Source: Malacoraja senta (Eukaryota). From it: DNA of 64,000 nt. The first letter of the stretch is position 1. Every line of letters starts with the position of its first letter. The notes under the pieces were generated by a model. That model was not told where the DNA came from and made no database searches. It was given only the letters and a program-made list of their open reading frames with translations. The stretch spans positions 3,970,001 to 4,034,000 of the forward strand of contig CM075995.1 in assembly GCA_038087875.1 (NCBI GenBank), written 5' to 3'. Made by a program: the position numbers and the translations under genes. This document shows positions 11,281-24,164 of the stretch, one piece after another.

Positions 11281-12618
11281 CTAGACCTAAAGGCAAGAGG
11301 TCTACAGTGCACGGCAGAAATCACAGCTAATCTCAGGCTGTGAATCCGGAGGATGGTGTTCAATGATAATTTTCAGATCCAATATATCAGGGAATAACTG
11401 TCAGAAAGGTAGAAATATTTATCGCAATTAAAAGCAGATTAATTCCTCCAAGTTGCTAAGCCTTCCTCAGCAGCTTCTCCCTCTCCCAAGCCAAGGACTC
11501 CACCATCTCACTATCGCAACTTTAAAAAAGCATTTCGATGGGTATATGGATAGGATGGAATAGGATAAAGGGATATGGGCCAAATGCAGGCAGGTGGGAC
11601 TCGTGTAGATGGGACCTGTTGGTCGGCGTGGGCAAGTTGGGCCTAGGGGCCGATTTCCACGCTGTATGACTATCACTCTATGACATCCAAATGCCAAGGA
11701 AAGCAGACTTGGTCATAAGTTCATAAGTGATAGCAGCAGAATTAGGCCATTCAGTCCATCAAGCCTACTCTGCCATTCAATCATGGCTGATCTATCTCTC
11801 CCTCCCTAACCCCATTCTCCTGCCTTCTCCCCATAACCCCCAACACCCGCACTAATCATATATCCTTCATTAGAACCTGGGAAGAAACGTGGAGTATCCT
11901 TCCTAATCAAGTCACCGAAGCATCTTGGCCATGTGAAACTCGGCAGTTTGAAGAGAAAGACCACCTGCACCAGTTGTAAAAGTAGAGATGAGCTCTCTCC
12001 AGAAATGGCTGCTATAAAACACACTGAGAAATTTGATCCACCAAGTATGCAATACTTTGCCTGTACTTCTTCTTGTCCACACACAAGATTAGAAGTTGTT
12101 CAGCCAGAGCTGAACACGCTTCTTGGCTTCTGCATACAATGGTGTCTGTCTTGTCGCTTCATGTGCTTCTTGTGCGTGGTGGTGGAATGATTGGTGGAAA
12201 CAGGGCCGCGACGTGAACGCTCTTTCCTTGACCCCACTTTGCCTGTTAATAAGATTGACTAACTTTGGCTAACATTGAATTCAAAGTTTGTCTCGATTTA
12301 TAATCTGTGAATGGATGTAAATGGATGTAAAGGTACAGAATGTAAGTGTGAGGGTAGAAGTGTTAAAATGAGAATGGTGTGAGGATTAATTGCAGCCTAT
12401 TGTGTTAGGGAAAGACCAGGAAAACAGATCATTTAGTCCCATCAGATTAATCCCACTGAGGTTTATCCTCCAAGTGAAAAGTTTTTCTGCTTCCACTCAC
12501 CTTTATTGTATTATTTTATTCCTCTTTTCTCCAAACATGCATCATAATTCTTGTGGTGGCATAGTTGCTGCTCTAACCAGTGCATTTTTGTCATTGAAGT
12601 ATAAGTGTTTGGTACTGT

Positions 12619-12828
12619 GGGCAGCACAGCGGCGCAGCGGTAGAGTTGCTGCCTTACAGCGCCAGTGACCCAGGTTCAATCCTGACTACAGGTGCTGTCT
12701 GTATGGAGTTTGTACGTTCTGCCCGTGATCTACGTGTGTTTTCTCTGAGAGCTCCGGTTTCCTCTCACACTTCAAAGACGCACAGGTTTATAGGTTAATT
12801 GGCTTGGTTAAATTGTAAATTGTAAATT
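12619..12828 (+). mobile_element. V-SINE (3'-truncated)
   Basis: GGCGCAGCGGTAGAG, GGTTCAATCC and V-like body. Confidence 0.8.
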
Positions 12829-12830
12829 TC

Positions 12831-14685
12831 CGAAGGTAAGCTAGCCAAGAATATAAAGGAGGATTGTAAAAGCTCCTTTAGGTATGTTAAGAGGAATAAA
12901 TTAGTTCAGACCAAAGTTGGACCCTTAAAGACTGTAAAAGGTGACTTTATTATGGGGAACAAGGAAATGGCATATGATTTGTAAAGGTACTTTGAATCTG
13001 TCTTCACTAAGAAGGACACAGATAATCTTACTGATGTACTAGTGGCCAGAGGATCTGGGGTGACGGAGGAACTGAAGGAAATCCACATTATGCAGGAAAT
13101 GGTGTTGGGTAGACTGATGGGACTGAAGGCTGATAAATCCCCAGGGCCTGATGGTCTGCAACCCAGGGTACTTAAGAAAGTGGCTCCAGAAATTGTGGTC
13201 GCATTGGTGATCATTTTCCAATGTTCTATAGATTCAGGATCAGTTCCTGTGGATTGGAGGGTAGCTAATGTTATCCCACTTTTTAAGAAAGGTGGGAGAA
13301 AGAAAACAGGGAATTATAGACCAGTTAGCCTGACATCGGTGGTGGGGAAGATGCTGGAGTCAATTATAAAAGGTGAAACTTGGATAACAGTAACAGGCAC
13401 ATTTGGATAGCAGTAACAGGATCGGTCCGAGTCAGTATGGATTTACGAAGGTGAAATCATGCTTGACTAATCTTCTGAAATTTTTTAGGATGTAACTAAG
13501 AAATTGGACAAGGGAGGGCCAGTGGATGTAGTGTACATGGACTTTCAGAAAGCATTTGATAAGGTCCCACATAGGAGATTAGTGGGCAAGATTAGGGCAC
13601 ATGGTATAGGGGATAGAGTGCTGACATGGATAGAAATTGGTTGGCAAACAGGTAACAAAGAGTAGGGATTAACGGGTCCCTTTCAGAATGGCAGGTAGTG
13701 ACTAGTGGGGTACCGCAAGGCTCGGTGCTGAGACCGCAGCTATTTACAATATACATCAATGATTTAGATGAAGGGATTCAAAGTAACATTAGCAAATTTG
13801 CAGATGACAGAAAGCTGGGTGGCAGTGTGAACTGTGAGGAGGATGCTGTGAGAATGCTTCCTTGGACAGGTTGGGTGAGTGGGCAGACGCATGGCAGATG
13901 CAGTTTAATGTGGATAAATGTGAGGTTATCCAGTTTGGTAGCAAAAACAGGAAGGCAGATTTTTCTAAATGGTGTTAAGTTGGGGAAAGGGGAAGTACAA
14001 CGGGATCTGGGGGGTCCTTGTTCATCAGTCAATGAAAGTAAGCATGCAGGTACAGCAGGCAGTGAAGAAAGCGAATGGCATGTTGACCTTCATAACAAAA
14101 GGAGTTGAGTATAGGAGCAAAGAGGTCCTTCTGCATGTTGTGCAGGGCCCTAGCGAGACACCTGGAGTATTGTGTGCAGTTTTGGTCTCCAAATTTGAGG
14201 AATAATATTCTCGCTATTGAGGGAGTACCGCGTAGGTTCACGAGGTTAATTCCACGGATTGCGGGAGTGTCATATGCTGAGAGAATGGAGCGGATGGGCT
14301 TGTATACTCTGGAATTTAGAAGGATGAGAGGGCATCTTATTGAAACATATAAGATTATTACGGGTTTGGACACGCTAGAGGCAGGAATCATGTTCCCGAT
14401 GTTGGGGGGAGTCCAGAACCAGGGGCCACAGTTTAAGAATAAGGGTTAAGCCATTTAGAACGGAGATGATGAAACACTTTTTCGCACAGAGAGTGGTGAG
14501 TCTGTTGAATTCTCTTCCTCAGAGGGCGGTGGAGGCCAGTTCTCTGGATACTTTCAAGAGAGAGCTAGATAGGGCTCTTAAAGATAGCCGAGTCAGGGGA
14601 TATGGGGAGAAGGCAGGAACGGGGTACTGATTGTGGATGATCAGCCATTATCACATTAAATGGCGGTGCTGGCTCGAAGGCTGAA
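12831..14685 (+). pseudogene. 5'-truncated CR1 LINE ORF2 (reverse transcriptase), frameshifted, with 3' UTR
   Basis: [36 protein letters not shown] and HLEYCVQFWSP motifs are split over several frames. Closely similar to 49186-51748. Confidence 0.92.
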
Positions 14686-14885
14686 NNNNNNNNNNNNNNN
14701 NNNNNNNNNNNNNNNNNNNNNNNNNNNNNNNNNNNNNNNNNNNNNNNNNNNNNNNNNNNNNNNNNNNNNNNNNNNNNNNNNNNNNNNNNNNNNNNNNNNN
14801 NNNNNNNNNNNNNNNNNNNNNNNNNNNNNNNNNNNNNNNNNNNNNNNNNNNNNNNNNNNNNNNNNNNNNNNNNNNNNNNNNNNNN
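14686..14885. other. Assembly gap (200 N)
   Basis: Run of N. Confidence 1.
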
Positions 14886-15303
14886 TGGCTCAAGCACTTT
14901 CAACTCCCCCTCCCATTCCGTATCTGACCTCTCTGTCCTGGGTCTCCTCCATGGCCACAGCGAGCAACACCAGAAATTGGAGGAAATGCACCTCATATTC
15001 CGCTTGGGCAGTCTACATCCTGGGGCTTGAACATTGAATTCTCCCAATTCTGCTAGCCCTTGCTGTCCCCTCCCCTTCATCAGCCCTCTGGTTGTCTCCT
15101 CCCCTCCCCCAGCTATCAGGCTCCTCCTCCGCCTTTTTTTCCTTTTTCCTTTCTTCTCCCCACCCCCTATCAGTCTGAAGAAGGGTTTCGGCCCGAAACG
15201 TTGCCTATTTCCTTCGCTCCATAGATGCTGCTGCACCCGCTGAGTTTCTCCAGCATTTTTGTGTACCTTCAATTTTCCAGCATCTGCAGTTCCTTCTTTA
15301 ACA
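14886..15303 (+). mobile_element. Penelope-like element 3' part (endonuclease C-terminus plus terminal repeat)
   Basis: Near-identical reverse complement of 22138-22540. Confidence 0.85.
15175..15202 (+). ncRNA. Minimal type I hammerhead ribozyme motif
   Basis: CUGAAGA core, helix II GGGU-UUCG-GCCC, GAAA, then palindromic AACGUU with an NUH triplet. Helix I is very short. Confidence 0.7.
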
Positions 15304-15371
15304 CTCCACCTATCACTCGGCAGGCTTTGTGCCACATCCACCTCTCCTTTCCCCATCTCATAAGGTCATAA

Positions 15372-15539
15372 TGCCCCTGTCCCACTTACGAAACCTGAAC
15401 GGAAACCTCTGGTGACCTTGCGCCCCACCCCAAGGTTTCCATGAGTCGCCAGAGGTTTTGGTCACTCGCCTGGAAAGCCTCCACCGAAGCGTGAGCTGCA
15501 TCTACTGACCAAAGATCCTACAGGATCTTTGCTACCGAC

Positions 15540-15587
<48 letters not shown>

Positions 15588-16191
15588 TCGCGAAGGTGGG
15601 GGCCAGGGACAGCGGAGGTGCGTTGTCTGCGCGATGAAGAGGAAGGTAAACGCCTGCCACAGAGCACTGTAAGTCCTTTAGAGAACGCGGGAGGGAGGGA
15701 CAGAAGGGGAAAGAAGGGGAGACAAGGGGAGAGACAAGGGGAGAGAGAAGAGGAAGAGAGAAGGGGAAGAGAAGGGGGGGGAGAAGGAGTGGAGACAGTT
15801 TTAAGAAGTTTAATAAAGTTAGCGGGCATTTTACCTTCCGGCGGATCTTCTAGGTCCTGAAAACCGATACAAAGATCCTTGCTGAATCTTTGCTGAAAAC
15901 TCCAATGAGCCAATCAAAATGGCCGGTCACCGAAGGAGATTGCCTTCAACTGCTGTAAGTAAATAGCAACCCCACTCCACTGGCTTCGACCAAACGGCAA
16001 GCTAATTTCAGTTGAGGCTGGTTTTGAATTTGTTGAAATAATCGCAGGAACATAGAAGAAGCCTCGACTACGCGGAAACCATTTTCGACCATTAGGGAGA
16101 GTGACCAAAACCTCCGGGAACCCCATGGAAATTGGGTAGGGCGCAAGGTCACCAGAGGTTCCGTTCAGGTTTCCTAAGTGGGACAGGGGCT
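15372..16191. mobile_element. PIF/Harbinger-type non-autonomous element
   Basis: ~65-bp TIRs (GCCCCTGTCCCACTTA.GAAACCTGAACGGAA...). TAA at 15369-15371 and 16192-16194. Inserted into a CR1 tail (CATAAGGT)n and contains an internal (CA)n. Confidence 0.88.
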
Positions 16192-16194
16192 TAA

Positions 16195-16640
16195 GGTCAC
16201 AAGTGATAGGAGCAGAATTAGGCCATTCAGCCCATCGTCTACTCCGCCATTCAATCATGCTCCCTCTATCGCTCCCTCCTAAACCCATTCTCCTGCCTTC
16301 TCCCCATAATCCCTGGCACCCGTACTAATCAAGAATCTATCTATCCCTGCTTGAAAATATCCGTTGACCTCCACATCCTTCTGTGGCAAAAGAAAATATC
16401 CGTTGACCTCCACATCCTTCTGTGGCAAAGAATTCCACAGAATCACCACCCTCTAACAAAAATAAAATCCTCCTCATCTCCTTCCTAAAAGAACATCTAG
16501 TCCTAGACTCTCCCACAAGTGGAAACATCCTCTCCCCATCCACTCTATCCGGGCCTTTCATTATTCTGTACATTTCAATGAGGTTCCCCCATCATTCTTC
16601 TAAACTCTAGTGAGTACAGGCCCAGTGCTGACAAACACTC
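16195..16640 (-). mobile_element. CR1 LINE 3' fragment
   Basis: MYRIMKGPDRVDGERMFPLVGESRTR plus 3' UTR. Confidence 0.75.
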
Positions 16641-17476
16641 CTTGCCCCTAATCCATCAAACTGAAGAAGGACACAAAACGTTATGCAAAAAACATTTCAC
16701 TAAACAGGTGACAATAAATTAAACGAAACAATGTGTGTCCATTCCCTCCACAGATGCTGCCTGGCTCGCTGAGTTCTTCCAGCTTTTTTGTTTTATGCTC
16801 AAGATTCCAGCATCTGCTGACTCTTGTGTCTCTAAATGTCCAGATAACTGGTCTGTTACATGGATGATATTGCATGAGGATAAATATCGGCATAATAACT
16901 AACAAGAGATCTCCCTTCTTTTGGATAGTTTCATGAAATCTTTTTACTCAGTGTGAGAAGAGTGCAGATCTCAGTTTAACATCTCATCCAAAAGATGGAA
17001 TGTTGACAGTGTGGAACTCAAGTGCTCTGATGTGCAGTATTTACATAGCGAATGATGACCTAGAATGCATTACCAGGGTGGTGGTGGAAGCAGATACGAT
17101 AGTGGTGTTTAAGAGGCTTTTGGATCGGCATGTGGAAGTGCAGGGAGTAGAGGGATGTGCATCATGTACAGGCAGATGAGATCAGTTTAACTTGGCATCA
17201 TGTTTGGCACAATCATTGTGGGTCGAAGAGCCCGTTCCTGTGCTGTACTGTTTTATGTTCTATGTTCTTAGTCTCTAGAGTGAACCTTCACTGAATATAA
17301 TTGTGTTTAGTTTAGTTTGGTTTAGTTTAGTTTAGTTTAGTTTATTAGATCAGTTTATTATCAATGTCACACGTACCGAGGTATAGTGAAAAGCTTTTGT
17401 TGTGTGCTATCCAGTCAAAAAAAAAACTATACTTGATCTACAATCAAGCTGTCCACTGTGCACAGATCAAGGGTAA

Positions 17477-18131
17477 AGGGCCTGTCCCACTTAGGCGATT
17501 TTTTAGGCGACTGCCGGCGACTGTCATAGTCACAGCAGGTTGCCGAAAAACCGGCGACTGAACCCCCCCTACGACAATGTCTACGACAAGCTACAACAAC
17601 CTACCACCTAGTCGACGTCAAGCTACGGCAAGCTACTGGCAACCGGCGACCCATTAGGATGTCCACCTACGACCACCCCTATGACAACCTACGACCACAC
17701 AGGCAACAACCTACGGCAACCAAAGTCAACCTACGTCCACTCGCGACAAGCTATGACAAGCTATGACCCTGTCGACGACAACTGAAGACAATTCAGTCGC
17801 CGGTACCTGTCGCCGGTTGACGTAGGTAGTTGCCAATGGAATTCACCGAAGTCAGCACCGGCGACGACCTACGTCACCTGGTGGCAACCTACGACAGCAC
17901 CTACGTCAGGAGAAGTCAAGCTTGGCTCATTGGCGTCAACCCACTGTCGCAGACTGTCACCGAAATTTTTTGAACATGTTGAAAATCCAGCGGCGACCAG
18001 AAAGACCAGTACGACGCTTTGGGCGACTGAGGAGACTACTCACGACCATACAGGCAACACCCTGGCACTCATGTGGCGACAGCCTAGTCACCTGTAGTCG
18101 CCTAAAAAATAGCCTAAGTGGGACAGGCCTT
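17477..18131. mobile_element. PIF/Harbinger-type MITE
   Basis: TIR AGGGCCTGTCCCACTTAGGCGATTTTTTAGGCGACT. TAA at 17474-17476 and 18132-18134. Internal CTACGAC(A/C) repeats. Confidence 0.88.
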
Positions 18132-18877
18132 TAAAGGGTACCACATTTAGTGCAAAACAAAGTCCGATAAAGTCTGATTAAAAATAATTCAAAGATCTCC
18201 AATAAGGTAGCTGGTATAGTTTAATAAATTTGTAATGAAGTGGCTCTTAATAGATCGTACAGGAGTTATCATTACAATGCAAAATAAAAGAAGATTGATT
18301 GCCAATCCCACTCTTACCACTAGATGTTGCTGGTTTACCTTTTCTAAATCATAATGATGTTGGACGTTTAAAATTGCAGTTTCAGAGGTTAGTAGGTACG
18401 ACCAGCATTATAACTATCTATCCGTTGACAGTTTGTAGAGATATCTATAATCTGAGTAAGATTGGTGAAGTTTCAGAGAAAAAGACATGAATCCTGCCCA
18501 CAGTCTTACACCTAAAAAATATAATTTTGAAATTTGCGAGGATGCCAAGAAAAAATTGAATAAATATATGAAATCGACTCATACTCTGATATTGCTAAAA
18601 ACTAGACTTGTCAACTCTGATGTTTCATTTGATTTACTCTGTTACAGGGCAAAGGTTCCATGTGCTGGAGCCACTCAGTGATAGGCAAGATGAGCTTGGA
18701 AGTTTATGTTGATCCACAGTGCCGACACCTCCTCCTCCACTCCCCCTCCCCCCCCCCCCTCACCTCCCCCCTTCACCTCCCCCTCACCCATGTAAACCGA
18801 GCAACACTGAGGTCCTGGGTGCCAGAGTTCTGCCCTGCCTTGGAGGACACGCTAGAGTCAGTGGGGTACCAATAACA

Positions 18878-19425
18878 TTGTGTTCAATTCTGGGCACCAT
18901 GTTAGAGGAAAGATGTTGTCAAGCTGAAGAGGGTACAGAGAAGATTTACGAGGGTGTTGCCAGGGCTAGAGAGTCTGAGCTGTAGGGAGAGGTTGAGTAG
19001 GCTGGGTCTCTATTCCTTGGAGCGCAGGAGGATGAGGGGCGATCTTATAGAGGTGTATGCAATCATCAGAGGAATAGATCGGGTAGATGCACAGAGTCTC
19101 TTGCCCAGAGTAGGTGAATCGAGGACCAGAGGACATAGGTTTAAGGTTAAGGGGAAAAGATTTAATAGGAAGCTGAGGGGTAACTTTTCCACACAAAGGG
19201 ATGTGTGTGCATGGAACGAGCTGCCAGAGGTGGTGTTGAGGCAGGGACTATTGCAACATTTAAGAAATAATTAGACAGGTACATGGATAGGACAGGGTTG
19301 GAGGGATATGGGCCAAACGCAGGCAGGTGGGACTATTGTAGCTACCACATGTTGACCGGTGTGGGCAAGTTAGGCCGAAGGGCCTGTTTCCACTCTTTAT
19401 GACTCTAGACTCTATAACTCTATAG
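18878..19425 (+). mobile_element. CR1 LINE 3' fragment
   Basis: MLPGLESLSCRERLSRLGLYSLERRRMRGDLIEVY...WNELP. Tail GGCCGAAGGGCCTGTTTCC is shared with the SINE and ends in (GACTCTA)n. Confidence 0.85.
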
Positions 19426-20400
19426 TCATAGTTCCAGATGGCCAGCTATCTGGACCTGGTGCAATTTGATGTGCACTGATGCTCACCTAGACTAGCTGCA
19501 ACAACTCAAAGAGGGGCAAAGTTTAAAGGAGATGTTCGGGACAATTCTTTTACAAAGAGGGTGAATAGTGCCTGTAACATGTTGCTGGAAATGATGGTTG
19601 AGACAGATGTGATAATGCCATTTGAGACATTTGCATAGGCATATGGATTTGCGTGGAATGGAGGGATATGGATTATGTGCAGCAGAGTTGGTCATAGCAT
19701 CATGCTTAGCCCAGACATTGTGGGCCGAAAGGCCTGTTTTCGTGCTCTATTGTTCTATGTTCTATGTCAACTTTAGCATTCTCATCTTTCCGTCTGATTC
19801 CTTCCATGATCTTGTCCGTTCTGCCAAACTGTATAATCTCCTCCCTGATCTCTGCAACGTTCTCCAATCCTCCCTCCCTCCAGGATCTTTATTCTCCTTC
19901 AGCTTTTGCCTCTTGCATGAATCCAATTTCCTTTTCTAAACCTGGTTTGCCTCAGCTGTCCACTCTCCAATTCATTTCCTCACTGCCTCTGTCCTTAGCT
20001 CCAAGACAAATCTATCTTCTTGATTAAGCAGTTGACCTCCTCACATAACATCTCCTCACACTCTTGTGAAAATCCTAGGAATGTTTTCCTCCAGTAAACC
20101 CATAATATCATTAGGGCGCACAGTGACACAGCGGACAAGTTGCTGCCTTACAGTACAGCACTTACAGCGCGAGAGTCCCGGGTTCGATCCCGACTATGGG
20201 TGCTGTCTGTAAGGAGTTTGGGGCTTAAAAGGGAACACTTAAGAAATGGACTATAATTAATGCAAAGGCCATATAGTCTCAATTTTCAGATAATAATTTA
20301 GTTTAGTTTAGTTTACTTTTTTTATTGTCACGTGTACCGAGGTACAGTGAAAAGGTTTTGTGGCGTGCTAACCAGTCAGCAGAAAGACCATACATGATTA

Positions 20401-20692
20401 CACGCAGCGGTAGAATTGCTGCCTTAGAGTGTGAGAGATCCGGGTTCGATCCCGACTACCGGTGCCTTCCGTACGGAGTTTGTACGTTCTCCCTTTGACT
20501 GCCTGGATTTTCACTGAGACCTTCGGTTGCCTCCCACACTCCAAAGATGTACAGGTAATTGGCTTGGTATAAATGTAAAATTGTCCCTAGTGTGTGTAGG
20601 ATAGTGTTAGCATTAGGATAAGGATCGCTGGTCGGTGCGGACTCGGTGGGCCGAACGGCCCTGTTTCCGCGTTGTATCTCTAAACTAAACTA
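20401..20692 (+). mobile_element. V-SINE
   Basis: Head, body and CTAAA tail as in other copies. Confidence 0.8.
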
Positions 20693-22137
20693 ACCATTGC
20701 AAATTGTTGTTGGTTGATGAGCACAAATCATCCTGAAAGCTTCAGTCCAGCCAAATGAAGAAATGGATTCCAGTAAAATTGGAGTCTAATTTTGAATGCT
20801 AGTTTTGAATGTTAATTTTCCATTTTATTCATTATGTTAACCTACAAAGATTGAGAGAAATAGCACATTGTGGTAATGAATTCTCCAGCTCAATATATTC
20901 TGGATTGTGAATTAAATATATTTTACTCCCATCTGCAAGGCTAGACTAAGTCATTACAAAATAGCAAAGGTTCCCATTAAGTTCAATGTAGACATTTGTC
21001 TGACATTTTTCAGCATTAGGTAGAAATTGCTTAGGTTGAATACATCAGAACCAAGGAACCATTCTTATCCAAGCACCCACCATTTTCCTTTGGTAAATTC
21101 CCTGACATTCCTTTGAATAATATATTTAACTGAAGTATTAACTCATTTATTATAATGGGTTATTACCTAAATTTGTAAATGTACTAGGCAAATGTCAACC
21201 GTTCATTCAGCACACAGTAATTGCTAGAGTTTTGCCATTAGTAGTTCCATTAGTAGTGGCATGCAAGAAAAAACAGAAAAAGAATTAAAGGTCCTGATGA
21301 TTAACTATTAATAAATATGTAGCCTCAGGATAATCAAACCAGTATTCTCAATAAGTTTAGGGCTTAAAAGGGAGCACTTAAGAAATGGACTATAATTAAT
21401 GCAAAGGCCCTATAGTCTCAATGTTCAGATAATAGTTTTATATTTACTTTACCTTGCACTAAACGTTATTCCCTTATCATGTATCAGTACACAGTAAATG
21501 GCTTGATTGTAATCATGTATTGTATTTCTGCTGACTGGTCACAAGGATGTCCTTCCTCAAATTAGGAGACCAAATCTGTACACAATACTCCAGATGTGGT
21601 CTTACCAGAGCCCTATACAACTGCAAAAGAACCTCTTTATTCCTATACTGAAATCCTCTTGTTATGAAGGCCAACATTCCATTAGCTATCTTCACTGCCT
21701 GCTGTACCTGCACGCCAACTTTCAGTGACCGGTGTACAAGGACACCAAGGTCTAGCTGCACCTCCCCCTTACCTAACCTAATTCCGTTGAGATAATAATC
21801 TGCCCCCCTTGTTTTTGCCGCCAAAGTGGATAACCTCACATTTATTTATATTATACTGCATCTGCCACGCATCTGCCCACACACTCAACCTGTCCAGGTC
21901 ACCCTGCAACCTCCTAACATCCTCTTCACAGCTCACACTGCCACCCAGCTTTGTGTCATCCACAAACTTGCTAGTGTTGCTCCTAATTCCCTCTTCCAAA
22001 TCATTAATATATATGGTAAACAGTTGCGGCCCCAACACCGAGCTTTGCGGCACTCCACTCGCCACTGCCTGCCATTCTGTAAAAGACCCGTTCACTCCGA
22101 CTCTTTGCTTCCTGTCTGCCAACCAATTTTCTATCCA

Positions 22138-23147
22138 GGTACACAAAAATGCTGGAGAAACGCAGCGGGTGCAGCAGCATCTATGGAGCGAAGGAAATAG
22201 GCAACGTTTCGGGCCGAAACCCTTCTTCAGACTGATGGGGGGTGGGATGGGGTGGGAGGGGGTGGGAGGGGGTGGGAGGGGGTGGGAGGGGGCGGGCAGA
22301 AGAAAGGAAAAAGGAGGAGGAGGAGCCCGAGGGCTGAGGGAGAGCTAGGAAGGGGAGGAGACAGCAAGGGCTGACAGAATTGTGAGAATTCAATGTTCAT
22401 GCCCCCAGGATGCAGACTCCCCAAGTGGAATATGAGGTGCTGTTGCTCCAATTTCCAGTGGTGCTCACTCTGGCCATGGAGGAGGCCCAGGACAGAGAGG
22501 TCGGATACGGAATGGGAGGGGGAGTTGAAGTGCTGAGCCACCGGGAGGTCAGGTTGGTTAATGCGGACCGAGCGGAGGTGTTCGGCAAAACGATCGCCAA
22601 GCCTACGCTTGGTCTCACCGATGTAGATCAGCTGACATCTAGAGCAGCGGATGCAATAGATGACGTTGGAGGAGATGCAGGTGAACCTCTGTCGCACCTG
22701 GAACGACTGCTTGGGTCCTTGAATGGAGATGAGGGGGGAGGTAAAGCGACAAGTGTAGCATCTCTTGCGGTTGCAAGGGAAAGTGCCCGGGGAGGGGGTG
22801 GTGCAGGGAGGGAAGGGAAGAATTGACAAGGGAGTTACAGAGGGAGCGGTCTTTGCGGAAGGCAGTCAGGGGGGGAGATGGGAAGATGTGGCGAGTGGTG
22901 GGGTCACGTTGGAGGTGGCGAAACTGATGGAGGACTATATGTTGTATGTGACGGCTAGTGGGGTGAACCTCATCTATAGTAGGGGAGGGGAACCCCCGTT
23001 CCCTGAAGAATGAGGACATGTCCAATGCCCTGGTGTGGAACACCTCATCCTGGGAGCAGATGCGGCGTAGACGGAGGAATTGGGAGTAGGGGATGGAGTC
23101 CTTACAGGAAGCAGGGTGGGAAGAAGAGTGGTCTAGATAGATATGGG
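22138..23147 (-). mobile_element. 5'-truncated Penelope-like retroelement
   Basis: RT C-terminus YLDHSSSHP...IPYSQFLRLRRICS, GIY-YIG domain and terminal hammerhead motif (22203-22230). A 16-bp duplication ACCAATTTTCTATCCA lies at 22122-22137 and 23148-23163. Confidence 0.92.
22350..22790 (-). pseudogene. GIY-YIG endonuclease domain of the Penelope-like element
   Basis: CNRKRCYTC...NVIYCIRCSRCQLIYIGETKRRLGDRFAEH...VAQHFN in ORF 22227-22829. Confidence 0.9.
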
Positions 23148-23510
23148 ACCAATTTTCTATCCATGTCAACACCCTACCCCCAATACCATGTGCTCTAATT
23201 TTAGTCACCAGTCTCCCGTGCGGGACCTTATCAAAGGCTTTCTGAAAGTCAAGATACACTACATCCACTGGCTCCCCTTCATCCATTTTACTTGTCACAT
23301 CCTCAAAAAATTCCAGAAGATTAGTCAAGAATGATTTCCCTTTCATAAATACATAAGAATGAATTTGCGCCGTTCTAGTAACAACTTGCATTTGTAGACC
23401 CAAGGACTATCTGGGGCTGGGGACTGGACATTGTGCCTTCCCCCACAGTGAAATCATTGTGGGGGGATGATTTTTGTATGTAATTGTTTGTAATTGTATT
23501 TGTTAGTCTG

Positions 23511-23767
23511 TGTTCAAGATGGCGGTCGGAGGGGAGAGTGGACGCTGGCGCGGCTTCGCTGCCGCTGCTCTCTCCTCAAATTGTGCTTCTGATTTTCTTT
23601 TTTGTGTTTTCGGAAGGAATTCTGTCCCTGATTTGTGTATTGGCCTTTATAACTTTTTTTTTTTAAATTCTGATTATATGTTTCCTATAAATCTCTGTAA
23701 GGTGTCCTTGAGACCTCGGTATAAGGCGCCCGTAAATAAAATTCATTATTATTATTATTATTATTAT
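23511..23767 (+). mobile_element. Short non-autonomous element with YY1-motif head and L2-type tail
   Basis: Starts TTCAAGATGGCGG and ends GTAAGGTGTCCTTGAG...AGGCGCC...AAATAAAATT(TAT)n. A second, head-less copy lies at 63191-63375. Confidence 0.65.
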
Positions 23768-24164
23768 CTTTGATCGGTCTTTGTCTTGCACTAAACGTAA
23801 TTCACGTTATTCCCTTTATCATGTATCTTAACACTGTGGATGGCTCAATTGTAATCATATATTGTCTTTACGTTGACTGGTTAGCATGTAACAATAGCTT
23901 TTCACTGCACATCGGTACATGTGACGATACACTAAACTCACCGATCACGGGTAATACATCAGCATAATGAAACATTCCAAGGTGTTTTATAAGTGTTAAT
24001 GGAGACAATGCAACATTTTGTACCCAAATAAGTATTAGGAAAAGTGATCAAATGATTGATTGAAAAACTATTAGGAAGCATATTAAAGAAGGAGGAAAAG
24101 AAGTGGACAGCATTTCTAGACCAGGAACTAATGAAGATTATCTAGCCGAAGGATAGAAAATCGA

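Larger units (their letters stand above)
21540..23350 (-). pseudogene. CR1 LINE reverse-transcriptase fragment split by a Penelope insertion
   Basis: YLDFQKAFDKVPH (in ORF 22639-23403), then SGVPQ/FVDD (21778-22146) and LVRPHLEYCVQ (21513-21839). Confidence 0.9.

Noticed and set aside
14565..15356. ORFs spanning 14565-15356
   Set aside because: Artefacts of reading through the N gap.
18647..18712. Possible terminal exon after TTACTCTGTTACAG
   Set aside because: Short unrecognisable peptide, no upstream partner exon or other support.
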